This document shows, in pieces, positions 41,315-50,341 of a stretch of 64,000 bases of DNA (position 1 is its first letter; every line of letters begins with the position of its first letter). This stretch comes from an uncultured Ruficoccus sp. (GTDB lineage: Bacteria; Verrucomicrobiota; Verrucomicrobiia; Opitutales; Cerasicoccaceae), in assembly GCA_965140785.1 (NCBI GenBank), contig OZ223510.1, forward strand, positions 160,001-224,000, written 5' to 3'. The notes beneath the pieces were generated by a model. The model saw nothing but the letters and a program-made list of their open reading frames with translations. It had not been told where the DNA came from and searched no databases. The position numbers were made by a program, and so were the translations under genes.

Positions 41315-42994
41315 TCAGGCCAGGCGGCCTTGTTCTTTGAGTACTAAAAGGTCCTTCATGACATGACCGAGTGCCTCGGTCTTGACCCCGCCAAAGCCGT
41401 CGTGAACCTGGCGGTAGAGCGTGAAGAGTTCTTCGTAAACGGTGTGGGCGCTGGCATCTGGCTGGTAGGAAGTTTCCTTCAGCGCTGTCATGGCCGCCTG
41501 AGCGGTGGGAAAGTCTGGATGCCCGCCCGCCTCGGTCCCGGCGGCAACTGCCGCCGCCACGGCTGAGCCGAGGGCGCAGCTCTGCTCGCTGCGCGAAACC
41601 TGGATCGTGCGGCCGGTCACATCGGCGTAAATTTGCATGAGCATGGCATTCTTTTCCGCAATGCCGCCCGCACAGATGATGCGCTCAATGGGCACGCCGT
41701 ACTCGGCAATGCGCTCCAGGATCATCCGTGCACCGAAGGCGGTGGCCTCGATCAGGGCGCGGTAGATTTCGGCTCGGGTGGTGTGCAGAGTCTGCCCCAG
41801 AATGAGCCCGCTCAGCCGCTGGTCCACAAGCACGGTGCGGTTACCGTTGTTCCAGTCGAGGGCGAGTAGTCCGCTCTGGCCGGGCTTCAGCTTCGCGGCT
41901 TCGGCAGTGAGTTCGCCGTGCAGGGAAGCGTCGCCCCCGCAGACACCTTCGACCCACCACTTAAATAAATCACCGACGGCGGATTGACCTGCCTCGATCC
42001 CGTAAAAGCCGGGGAGAATGGCCCCTTTAACTATGCCGCAGATGCCGGGGATGTCAGCGATGCTCCGGTCGGCGGAGACCACGGCGCAGTCGCAGGTGGA
42101 GGTGCCGATGACCTTGACCAACGCGCCCTCGGTGATCCCGCAGCCAATGGCCCCGTAGTGCACGTCCATCTCGCCGATAGCGATCGGGATGCCCGCGGGC
42201 AGACCGAGGCGTTCTGCCCATGACGTGCATAACGTTCCCGCGGTGTGCGAGGCATCGTAGGCTTTTTCGTAGAGACGGACGCGTAGCGCAGCGAGCTTGG
42301 GATCGAGGAGGGAGAGGAAGCCCTCATCGGGGAGACCACCCCAATCTTCCGCATAGAAGGCCTTGTGCCCGGCAGCGCACACCCCTCGCCGGATGTGTTC
42401 GGGCCGATCGATTCCGGCCAACTGCGACGGGATCCAGTCCGCCAATTCTACCCAGGAGTAGGCTGCGGCAAAGGTCTCGGGGTCGGTGTTGAGGCAGTGC
42501 CAGATTTTGCTCCACCACCATTCCGAGGAGTAGGTGTTGCCGCACTTGGCGAGGTAGTGCGGGCGATGCTCGCGGCAAATCTCTGTGATTCGCAGCGCCT
42601 CGGCATGGCTGGTGTGATCCTTCCACAGCCAGCACTGGGCGTTGAGATTCTCGCGGTGTACAGGGTCGCATCCCAGGGCGCTGTTGTCGGCCTTGACGGG
42701 CAGGGGAGACGAGCCCGTCGTGTCCACACCGAGACCGATAATTTTTTTCGCGGTGAACTCAGGGTCGGCAATGGCGGCCTCGCCGAGTGCGCCGCAGACA
42801 GTGGCCTCAAGTACGGTCAGATAGTCGCCCGGATGTTGGCGGGCGAGCAGATGGTCATCGCTTGAAAGGAGTACCCCCTGAGTGCCGCCGGAGTATTCCC
42901 GGACACAGGTGCCCACTTCCTTGCCATCGCGACAGCGAACGATCAGGGCGCGAGCGGAGTTTGTTCCGAAATCGAGACCGAGGGAGTAGGGCAT
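41315..42994 (-). CDS. araB: Ribulokinase
   Basis: LGLDFGTNSAR, GVDTTGS, LWKDHT, YSSEWWWSK, EAGQSAVGD, LDWNNGNR; start at MPYSLG. Confidence 0.95.
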   Translation of the reverse strand: MPYSLGLDFGTNSARALIVRCRDGKEVGTCVREYSGGTQGVLLSSDDHLLARQHPGDYLTVLEATVCGALGEAAIADPEFTAKKIIGLGVDTTGSSPLPVKADNSALGCDPVHRENLNAQCWLWKDHTSHAEALRITEICREHRPHYLAKCGNTYSSEWWWSKIWHCLNTDPETFAAAYSWVELADWIPSQLAGIDRPEHIRRGVCAAGHKAFYAEDWGGLPDEGFLSLLDPKLAALRVRLYEKAYDASHTAGTLCTSWAERLGLPAGIPIAIGEMDVHYGAIGCGITEGALVKVIGTSTCDCAVVSADRSIADIPGICGIVKGAILPGFYGIEAGQSAVGDLFKWWVEGVCGGDASLHGELTAEAAKLKPGQSGLLALDWNNGNRTVLVDQRLSGLILGQTLHTTRAEIYRALIEATAFGARMILERIAEYGVPIERIICAGGIAEKNAMLMQIYADVTGRTIQVSRSEQSCALGSAVAAAVAAGTEAGGHPDFPTAQAAMTALKETSYQPDASAHTVYEELFTLYRQVHDGFGGVKTEALGHVMKDLLVLKEQGRLA

Positions 42995-43055
42995 GGAGTG
43001 AGTATTTAGCTTGCACGGCGTGGGCGTAAATGGTGAGATTGCTTGACAGTAAAGT

Positions 43056-44180
43056 ATGGGAAGCAGCCCACAGCGCATCACCATGGCCGACGTGGCCCGC
43101 CGCGCCGGTGTGTCCAAGAATGCAGTCTCGCTGGCACTGCGTAACGACCCGCAAATCCCCGAGGCTACGCGCCGAAAAATCATGCGGCTGGCCAAGCAAA
43201 TGGGCTATCGCAAGGACCCCATTGTCGGCGAATTAATGGCGCGACTACGACAGGGCGGGGGAGCTGCCCACCGTCTGAACCTGGCCCTTGTGAATGCCAA
43301 TGAAGATCCGCTGGCTTTTCGCCGTCATCCGACCATCCCGACCTATGTGGAGGGCTGCCGTCGGCGTGCTGATCAGTTGGGGTGCAGTCTGGACGGCTTT
43401 TGGCTGCACGAGGAGGGGCGGACGGCGCGGGGCTTTACTCGGATGCTTCGCAGCCGGGGCATCCGCGGATTAATTCTCGTCGGGATGATGGACACGAACC
43501 GTCTGCCTGCATGGTTCCTGCCCGTGGTAAAGGAATTTCCCGTCGTGGTGACGGGAGTTCGCACGGCAGACCCGGCGCTCTCGCACAGCTGCGTGGACCA
43601 CTATATGCTGACCTCGATTGCCATGCGTCGGGCGATTAAACTGGGGTACCGGCGTCCAGGGCTGATCCTGCATGACCGGATCGATCAGTTGGTGGATCAG
43701 CGCTTCACGGCGGGCTTCGCCAATGCTCAACGCCTGCTCCCGGCCTCCGGGCGCTGTGCGCCGCTGTACCTGAAGGATGACATCGAAAAATGCGCCCCGC
43801 GCTTCAAACGTTGGCTGCAACAGGCGCAGCCGGATGTCATCTTCACGCTCTACAATGTCGTGGTAAAATGGATACAATCCCTGGGTCTCCGCATCCCGGA
43901 GGACATCGGCGTTGTCCAGCTCGAGTGGCGGGCCAGGCACCCGGAGATTGCAGGCATGAACCAGCACAACGACGTGGTCGGGGAGGCTGCCCTGGACATG
44001 CTAATCGGCATGATTCACCATGCTGAGCGCGGCATCCCGGCCTTTCCGCGCTCCACACTGGTCGGGGCGACGTGGGTGGACGGCCCCAGCGTGCGCAGGC
44101 AGAAGCAGAGGGCCTCGACAACCCCTGCCGCCCTCAAGCCGACTCGGGGAAGGAAGCGCCGGGCACCCAGTGCCCCTTGA
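43056..44180 (+). CDS. LacI-family regulator divergent from araBAD
   Basis: ITMADVARRAGVSKNAVSLALR HTH; GYRRPGL; only 61 bp from the araB start. Confidence 0.9.
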   Translation: MGSSPQRITMADVARRAGVSKNAVSLALRNDPQIPEATRRKIMRLAKQMGYRKDPIVGELMARLRQGGGAAHRLNLALVNANEDPLAFRRHPTIPTYVEGCRRRADQLGCSLDGFWLHEEGRTARGFTRMLRSRGIRGLILVGMMDTNRLPAWFLPVVKEFPVVVTGVRTADPALSHSCVDHYMLTSIAMRRAIKLGYRRPGLILHDRIDQLVDQRFTAGFANAQRLLPASGRCAPLYLKDDIEKCAPRFKRWLQQAQPDVIFTLYNVVVKWIQSLGLRIPEDIGVVQLEWRARHPEIAGMNQHNDVVGEAALDMLIGMIHHAERGIPAFPRSTLVGATWVDGPSVRRQKQRASTTPAALKPTRGRKRRAPSAP

Positions 44181-44552
44181 TCGCGATTGTCTGCGGGAAG
44201 TCCGGCTGCCCGAGATGATTGCCCTGAAGCTGCGTGGTCATAAGCCCGATGGTGGCGTAGAGGGTGTTGTAAAAGGCGCCCGTTGTCCGATGGTGCGGAA
44301 GTTTTTTACTGAAGGGCAGATCAGCGCCAACCGCTCCTTGTGCGTACGGTGCTGGTCGCGCAACTGACTCATGAGTGCGGCCACGAGCGGGTTGGGCCGG
44401 TAGTGAAGTTTCTCAGCAGACTGACGAATGATCTCCCGGGTAGCCGCCGGAATGCCAGCGTTGTTGAGCTAGGCGAGCGAGACCGTGGAACGCGAGTACC
44501 CGGTATCATCCGCGATGTGCTGTAGGGTAACCGGTCTGTGGCGCTTTGACAT
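44134..44552 (-). pseudogene. LacI-family regulator pseudogene (nonsense codon, frameshift, large internal deletion)
   Basis: Reads MSKRHRPVTLQHIADDTGYSRSTVSLA*LNNAGIPAATREIIRQSAEKLHYRPNPLVAALMSQLR..., then in a shifted frame the LacI tail QLQGNHLGQPDFPQTIAIKGHWVPG; not in the ORF track. Confidence 0.85.
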
Positions 44553-44565
44553 GAGTGGCAGGTAT

Positions 44566-45993
44566 TCAGGTGCCCGGGGCGGAGACAGGCAACAGAGTGT
44601 AGCGATGCGGTTCGGGCTGTGCGGCCTGGGGAATCTGCGCTTCGAGGTCCTGGACTTTTTGACGAATGGCGGCCTCCTGTGGCTTCAATTTCAGGTAATT
44701 CTTGAGCGAACGGGCGTAGTAAGCGGCATGGGGCTGGCCGGCGTCGGTGGTCTCGTATTTCTTCAACTGAGCCTCCAATTGCGGCCGAACCTGCTCCAAG
44801 TCCACCGGGTGGGAGACATCACCGACTTTGGTATGTTCGATAAAGGCGAGGGTACGGAGCTTGTACACTTCCTGTCGCCATTGGTTGACCAGCGCGAGGA
44901 CAGAGAGGGCCTGCCGATACTGCGGCGTATCGGTAAAGGTGGCGAGATTCACGCCTGCTGCCCATTCAGCTCCGCTGAAAGTGCCGATGGGGACGTCATC
45001 GATGCGCAGCGCGTAAGCATCGCCGCTTAGACCGGTAACGGTCAGCATTTCCTGATTCAAGTCCTCCGTAAAGGGCACGTAGTCGAGTGCGGGCTCGACC
45101 CCCTTGTCGATGGGGAAGGGCAGAGCCTGCTCGCGACAGGTGAAGCTCAGCCCGCCAGCGCTGCGGGTAAGGCCGGAGACGGTGGCGCGGTCGGCCTCGA
45201 CCTTCAGGGTGGAGCTGTCGATGACAACACTGGAAACCACGGCCGGGGCCTGCTGCGCGGTCAGCAAGAGATAAGCCATGACGAAGTGGCCCGGCCACTG
45301 CGGGTGGATGCGGTCCGGGCCGATGAGCGTAAAGGACGGATCGTCGGCCTGGAGTTGATGGTTCAGCTCCGTCATCGGATCGTGGAATTCCACCACAGCC
45401 AGCCCTTCTTCGTCTGCCAATTGCTGGGCAAAGTCGCCCATCTCGCCCAGCGCGGCGTTGACGCCGGTGGCGCTCGCTCTATCTATTTCAGCCGTCTCAT
45501 CATAAGGGGAGGGCGTGATCAGCGTTACGGTCACACCGTCGGCTTGGAGCTTCTGGACGAGCTTGCGCAAATTGCTTTGATAGGAGGCGATTCGCTTGGC
45601 ACGCTGACTCGCCAGTTCGGGTGTTTCGTCCTGGCCGTATAGGTTGCGGCCCACATCGTTCATGCCGAGCATGATCGTGGCCGTGGTCGGCGAGGTGGGT
45701 ACGATGTCCCAGTCGTAGCGCTTGTTGGTGCCCCAAGTCGTGTCACCGGAGACACCGCAGTTAGCCACGTGTAGCTCTTGGTCGGGGAAGCGCGTCGCGT
45801 AGTAGAGGTAAACCCAGGCGTAGTACGAGCCGCCGTGTGTGATGCTGTCACCGATGACGCTCCAGCGGGCGCCATCCGGAAACATTTGCGGGGCCGATTG
45901 TTCCGCCCGGCAAGCGAGGAGGCTTAGCAGCAGGCAGAGGAAAGCCAGAATGCCGGGTAGTTTGAACGGGGAGGAGAAGGGATTTTTATGCAT
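44566..45993 (-). CDS. Secreted SGNH/GDSL hydrolase (probable carbohydrate esterase)
   Basis: IGDSITH, NCGVSGD, MLGMND and PDRIHP blocks; signal peptide. Confidence 0.88.
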   Translation of the reverse strand: MHKNPFSSPFKLPGILAFLCLLLSLLACRAEQSAPQMFPDGARWSVIGDSITHGGSYYAWVYLYYATRFPDQELHVANCGVSGDTTWGTNKRYDWDIVPTSPTTATIMLGMNDVGRNLYGQDETPELASQRAKRIASYQSNLRKLVQKLQADGVTVTLITPSPYDETAEIDRASATGVNAALGEMGDFAQQLADEEGLAVVEFHDPMTELNHQLQADDPSFTLIGPDRIHPQWPGHFVMAYLLLTAQQAPAVVSSVVIDSSTLKVEADRATVSGLTRSAGGLSFTCREQALPFPIDKGVEPALDYVPFTEDLNQEMLTVTGLSGDAYALRIDDVPIGTFSGAEWAAGVNLATFTDTPQYRQALSVLALVNQWRQEVYKLRTLAFIEHTKVGDVSHPVDLEQVRPQLEAQLKKYETTDAGQPHAAYYARSLKNYLKLKPQEAAIRQKVQDLEAQIPQAAQPEPHRYTLLPVSAPGT

Positions 45994-46167
45994 GAATGGA
46001 AGGTTCTTTAACAGCGAAAGCAGGTGAATATCAGCATTTCCAACACTCTCCCCAGAAACTGTCGATAAGCCGGGCGGAGATAAAGCAATTTCACAGACAT
46101 AAATGATGCCCCCGCGAGAGCGGAGGCATCCAAAAACGAAAGGATAAGTGGCTAAAATACGTCCTGT

Positions 46168-48066
46168 TTATTGCCCGAGGCGGCGGGCGCGCTGATCCAT
46201 GAACAGGGACTGCGGCTCAAGTGTTGCGCCTTGGCCGACACCCTCGACGTGGTCCACCGGGTCGCTGACCGGCTTACGCAGTTCGGGATAATTGCCGTCG
46301 GTGCGTACCTCGTTGACAGCACCCTGAGTGCCGACAACGTAGCCCAGCCCGGCCTGATTGCTCCACACAACAAAGGGGTGGTACGAGTTGGAGAGGCCGG
46401 TGATGTTCCAGTAAACCGTTTGCGAGGAGGTGCTGTTGTGCTTGGGAGCGGACATCTTTGCGTAATACCGGTCCCGCGCCTCGAACCAGCTGTTATCAGC
46501 TACGCAGTTATCGATCAGGTTCGAGTGGCTGAAGTACATGTGGTGGTCACTGCCTCGGCCGGTGGTTGTACCCGGAGGGGCGGCCTGAGTGGCGGTATCC
46601 TTGTCGAGGCAGCGGTAGAGGACGTTACCGGAGGTGGACATGCCCGAGAAGGAGTAGCCATGGCGGGCGGCCTCGGCGTGGCAGTCTTGCAGGAGGCATT
46701 CGTTGCTGTTGTCCACGCGGAACATGTAGCCGTTTCCACCGCCGCCCCCGTAGAGGGTGTGCTCCATCGTACAGTCGATGACGGACACGTTCAGGCATTC
46801 ATTGAGCCGAATGCCGTTGGAAAGGATATGGCTGCCGCGTGTATTGCCCTCGGCCTGGAAGCTCTGGACGTTGACGATCCAGCCATCAACGACGTTGACC
46901 ATGGCGATGACAAAGGAGAAATGCACGTCGTAGGCGCTCTTGCGCTTTTTGGCGAAGTCGGGATCGAGGTTGTAGCCCTCGGCCAGACGCTTGGTGTAGG
47001 CACCGTCGGGGGCGGCGAAATCCAGCACGCCGAACCCGTCTTTACCGGGGTGTTCGACGTTGCCGATGCCGAAGTTCTCCAGCCCGACGTTTTCGATCTG
47101 ACCGGTCTTGAGATAGACCCGGGCGTTGTCGCGAACCTTGAGCGCGTAGCGGGTGGGGATGTCGATGGTCAGCTCGCTCGTCTCTGTATTCACAGATTCG
47201 ATACGGCGAAGGTATTTAATGTTGCCCAGCTTGTTTTCGTAACCATGCCAGCTTTCGGTTTCCTTGTGCTCCTGGACCCATTCCGGAGTCGGGTCGATGC
47301 GGATGATGACGGTGTCGCCCGCCTTGAAGCCGCTGGCGTCCTCGACCGGGATGACGGTCGTCGGGCTGAGCAGGTCCCAACTGATGGGGCTGGAGGGGGA
47401 CTCTTCCTTTTTCCAGTTTGGGGCACCGTCGAGGGCGACGAGGATGATCTGCTTGCCGCGCATTTCAGTGGAGGTGTTGAGCAGACGGGTTTTGTCCGGG
47501 CCGTCGCCGCGCAGTACGAGATCGCCCGTGCGGATGCGCAAGGCGGACTTGTCGTCTCCCTGCGGCTGGATATGATAGGTGCCAGCGGGCAGGTAAACCA
47601 CGGACTTGCCCTTGATCGCGCTGGCGGTGTCGATGGCCTTCTGGATGGCCACGGTGCTGTCCTTCTCCCCGTTGGGATCGGCCCCGTAGTCGAGGACGTT
47701 CAAAACCTGCGCATCGGCAAAGTCGGGGATGGGCTTTTCCCCTTTGGCATAACCGGCATAAGAAAAATCCTGAATAAAGGCGTCCTCACCGTACCAGGCG
47801 TCCTTCGGCGGCGTCCAGTCTTCGGGGTAGAGGTCGCTGCGCCAGGTCTCGGCATCTGCAGCGGTGTCAGCCCCGGCGACTGGTGCCGGCCCATCCTCAT
47901 TCAGGCCGGCACCTGCCGTGTCGCTGGACTTGCACGCCGTTGTCCCCAAGGCCAACAGGAGCACAAATGCGCCAGCGATTAATTTGTTCGGGACCAGCGT
48001 CGGAGCCGTGGCCAGGCACGGGGCTCCGAGCTTCCAGGTCTTCCTGGAAAAACACATACGAATCAT
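46168..48066 (-). CDS. Right-handed beta-helix lipoprotein (pectate-lyase-superfamily / GH28-related)
   Basis: Lipobox-like LGTTAC; DFSYAGY, NVLDYGADPNGEKDSTVAIQKAID, VYLPAGTY, VLRGDG; start uncertain. Confidence 0.8.
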   Translation of the reverse strand: MIRMCFSRKTWKLGAPCLATAPTLVPNKLIAGAFVLLLALGTTACKSSDTAGAGLNEDGPAPVAGADTAADAETWRSDLYPEDWTPPKDAWYGEDAFIQDFSYAGYAKGEKPIPDFADAQVLNVLDYGADPNGEKDSTVAIQKAIDTASAIKGKSVVYLPAGTYHIQPQGDDKSALRIRTGDLVLRGDGPDKTRLLNTSTEMRGKQIILVALDGAPNWKKEESPSSPISWDLLSPTTVIPVEDASGFKAGDTVIIRIDPTPEWVQEHKETESWHGYENKLGNIKYLRRIESVNTETSELTIDIPTRYALKVRDNARVYLKTGQIENVGLENFGIGNVEHPGKDGFGVLDFAAPDGAYTKRLAEGYNLDPDFAKKRKSAYDVHFSFVIAMVNVVDGWIVNVQSFQAEGNTRGSHILSNGIRLNECLNVSVIDCTMEHTLYGGGGGNGYMFRVDNSNECLLQDCHAEAARHGYSFSGMSTSGNVLYRCLDKDTATQAAPPGTTTGRGSDHHMYFSHSNLIDNCVADNSWFEARDRYYAKMSAPKHNSTSSQTVYWNITGLSNSYHPFVVWSNQAGLGYVVGTQGAVNEVRTDGNYPELRKPVSDPVDHVEGVGQGATLEPQSLFMDQRARRLGQ

Positions 48067-48120
48067 GGAATCTGAAGGGTGGTAACTTTTCTTTCGCCGC
48101 GGGGCAAGCCCTGGCCGGTA

Positions 48121-49005
48121 TTAGGCCCGGCGGGTGCGGCGACGCGCGACCCAGGCACCCATCAGGCAAACCGCCCCAAAGAGCGCGCCCATGTGCGAAG
48201 GCTCGGGGATGGCGGTACCGGTGGCCTCGAAGCTCTCAATACCGAAGCCGAAGGAGGTCGTCTGCGCGTTGGTTCCGTTCCAGCCATCTTCCTCAAAATA
48301 GATGCCGACGGCGGCGATGTTGTCGAGGTCCATGTCGTTGAAGCTGGCCGAGCCCGCGTCAAAGTTCAGGTCCGATGTCGGGTCGTAGGTCGCCCATTGC
48401 ACACTGGAGAGCGTGCTGCCGGATATCGAGAAATTGCCGCCATAGGTGTTCAGATTGATAACCGTGTCGGAGAGGTAGTACTGGCCACCGATCTCGACTG
48501 CCAGTCGTCCCTCGAAGTCGAAGGGCTCGCTGCCGGCGGTGTTGCCGTAGCCATCCCAGGTCATGGATATGCCGTTCAGGGAGATGTTGCCGGTTTCGTA
48601 CCCGGGATTGAAGTCTTGCTGGCGGAAGACGTAAATGCCGTGCAGGGACAAGGCGCTGCCTTCCCAACCCGAGCCATTGTAAGCCTGGAGGTAAATTGGC
48701 GTGCCATCGGCGAGGTCTCGGACCATTTGCTTGCTCAGGCCCTTGTCGATGGTTGAGCTGGTGTACTCATAGCCGCCGTAGAAGGTCGGGCCGGTGTAGC
48801 CGGAAGCCGGGCTGAGTTGTGTGCTGTCACTGAAAGCGTTGGTGAAGGTATAGGGGTCTGTCGCTGTCTGAGTGGTGGTCGTATTGAAGTTGGTGTCTGC
48901 ACTGACATAGTTGTTGGTACCATCGTAGTTGACCAGCACCGCGGCCTGCGCGGGCAGAGCGAGTCCGACGGCCAAAATACTGAGGAGGTATGAGGATTTC
49001 TTCAT
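48121..49005 (-). CDS. PEP-CTERM sorting-domain surface protein
   Basis: MKKSSYLL...PAQA signal peptide; C-terminal AIPEPS + transmembrane segment + RRRTRR. Confidence 0.9.
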   Translation of the reverse strand: MKKSSYLLSILAVGLALPAQAAVLVNYDGTNNYVSADTNFNTTTTQTATDPYTFTNAFSDSTQLSPASGYTGPTFYGGYEYTSSTIDKGLSKQMVRDLADGTPIYLQAYNGSGWEGSALSLHGIYVFRQQDFNPGYETGNISLNGISMTWDGYGNTAGSEPFDFEGRLAVEIGGQYYLSDTVINLNTYGGNFSISGSTLSSVQWATYDPTSDLNFDAGSASFNDMDLDNIAAVGIYFEEDGWNGTNAQTTSFGFGIESFEATGTAIPEPSHMGALFGAVCLMGAWVARRRTRRA

Positions 49006-49093
49006 GATAGGTATGTGTAGGGTTTGGGTGTTTGGGGAAATCGTCGTGGGCATCTATAACCCAGGATTAACCGGCCGGACAAGCGGGGGTTCA

Positions 49094-49107
49094 TTCAAAC
49101 ATTTGCA
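49094..49107. promoter_or_regulatory. Putative LacI operator upstream of the PEP-CTERM gene
   Basis: TTCAAACATTTGCA, 12/14 match to the palindrome TTCAAACGTTTGAA; shares AATGTTTGAA with 50252-50261. Confidence 0.5.
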
Positions 49108-49224
49108 ACAAGTGCGGCACGCGATCGTTTTCGTTTGCAGCAGAGAGGGCGGGGCGGGTCCGGCGCGAGAAGCCGGGTGGAGGGATAAGGGCGTAAAATA
49201 AGCGCCGCCTGTTGTTTCTATCGG

Positions 49225-50247
49225 CTATTTCGCCGCGGGCCTAATCGTGTCGCCGTCGTGAAATTGCCCCGTCACCATGAGGGACTTGGGGACGGTGGAG
49301 AGCCCGTAGGCGTTTTCGTGAATCTGGGACACCAGGAAAGAAACGGCACTGGAGGCCAGGACCTCGGCCTTCATGTCGAAGCCTGCGCAGTGGGTGGGGT
49401 TGTCCGGCTCGTACTTTTTCCACGACAAGAGGGAAAAACCGATGTCCGCGGGAATGCGCAGGCCGGTCTTTTTCAACACTTCGTAGCCATCGGCCTCGCT
49501 GATAACGAGGTCCAGCTGGCGCTTGCGAATCCAGGCGAGCATTTTATCCGGCGTGCTGATGTCATCTCTCATGACGGGGATGCGGGCGGCCCGGTGCTGA
49601 GTCTGGTCGAGCAGGTAGGCTCCGTGCAGCAGGCCGTGGGTGCGCGTGTCCATCGCACTGGGCAGATAGAGGCCGATCCGGCGGTAGCCGCGCTGGCGCA
49701 GGATGGCCAGGTGCTTGAGCATGTTGGTGAAGTGGTCCTGGATGGCGCGGTTGAAGTTGGGGCTCTCGACCGAGTAGCCGTAGGCCACGCAGATCCAGGA
49801 GTCCCACTTGTCGTCGAGGACGGTACCGGCTTGGCGGAAGGTACCGACAAGCACGCCCTTGAGCCCGCTGTTCCACCAGATGGAGCGCAGGCGGTCGAGC
49901 GTAACTCCCGGATCGTTGATATTATAGAGGTGGAGATTGTAGCCCAGGCGGGCGGCCTGCTCGCGGGCTTCATGGAAGACGACGCGGTGAAAATTGGTGC
50001 TCTGGTGGTCGTTATCGGTCAGGTAGGCCAGCCCGCTGCGGATGGGGTGGGGGCGGTTGGACTCGCGGTAGGCGCAGAGGGCTTTCATCGCCGCATCCGG
50101 CACGTAGCCCATTTCTTCGGACAGTTTCTGGATACGTTCCCGGGTCTTGGCTGAGAGCCGGGGATCGTTGCGCAGGGCGAGGGAAACTGTGGAGAAATGC
50201 ACGCCTGCTTCTTTGGCGATATCCTTGATGGTTATCTTGGCAGGCAT
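49225..50247 (-). CDS. LacI-family transcriptional regulator
   Basis: ITIKDIAKEAGVHFSTVSLALR HTH; GYRRIGL; C-terminal GQFHDGDT. Confidence 0.9.
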   Translation of the reverse strand: MPAKITIKDIAKEAGVHFSTVSLALRNDPRLSAKTRERIQKLSEEMGYVPDAAMKALCAYRESNRPHPIRSGLAYLTDNDHQSTNFHRVVFHEAREQAARLGYNLHLYNINDPGVTLDRLRSIWWNSGLKGVLVGTFRQAGTVLDDKWDSWICVAYGYSVESPNFNRAIQDHFTNMLKHLAILRQRGYRRIGLYLPSAMDTRTHGLLHGAYLLDQTQHRAARIPVMRDDISTPDKMLAWIRKRQLDLVISEADGYEVLKKTGLRIPADIGFSLLSWKKYEPDNPTHCAGFDMKAEVLASSAVSFLVSQIHENAYGLSTVPKSLMVTGQFHDGDTIRPAAK

Positions 50248-50261
50248 TTCTAATGTTTGAA
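50248..50261. promoter_or_regulatory. Putative LacI operator abutting the LacI start codon
   Basis: TTCTAATGTTTGAA, 12/14 match to TTCAAACGTTTGAA, in the divergent LacI / FAD-oxidoreductase intergenic region. Confidence 0.5.
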
Positions 50262-50341
50262 CTTATAGTAAGCTGACGTCAAGGCCGGAAGCACGTAGGT
50301 TGGATGCATCGTTTATGACTCTGTCCCCTGCCCAAACGAAT

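Noticed and set aside
42995..43195. N-terminal extensions in the ORF track (araB to 43195, pntA part 2 to 63529, clpB from 16724, ilvN from 55950)
   Set aside because: They overlap neighbouring genes or promoter regions; family homology begins at the downstream ATGs
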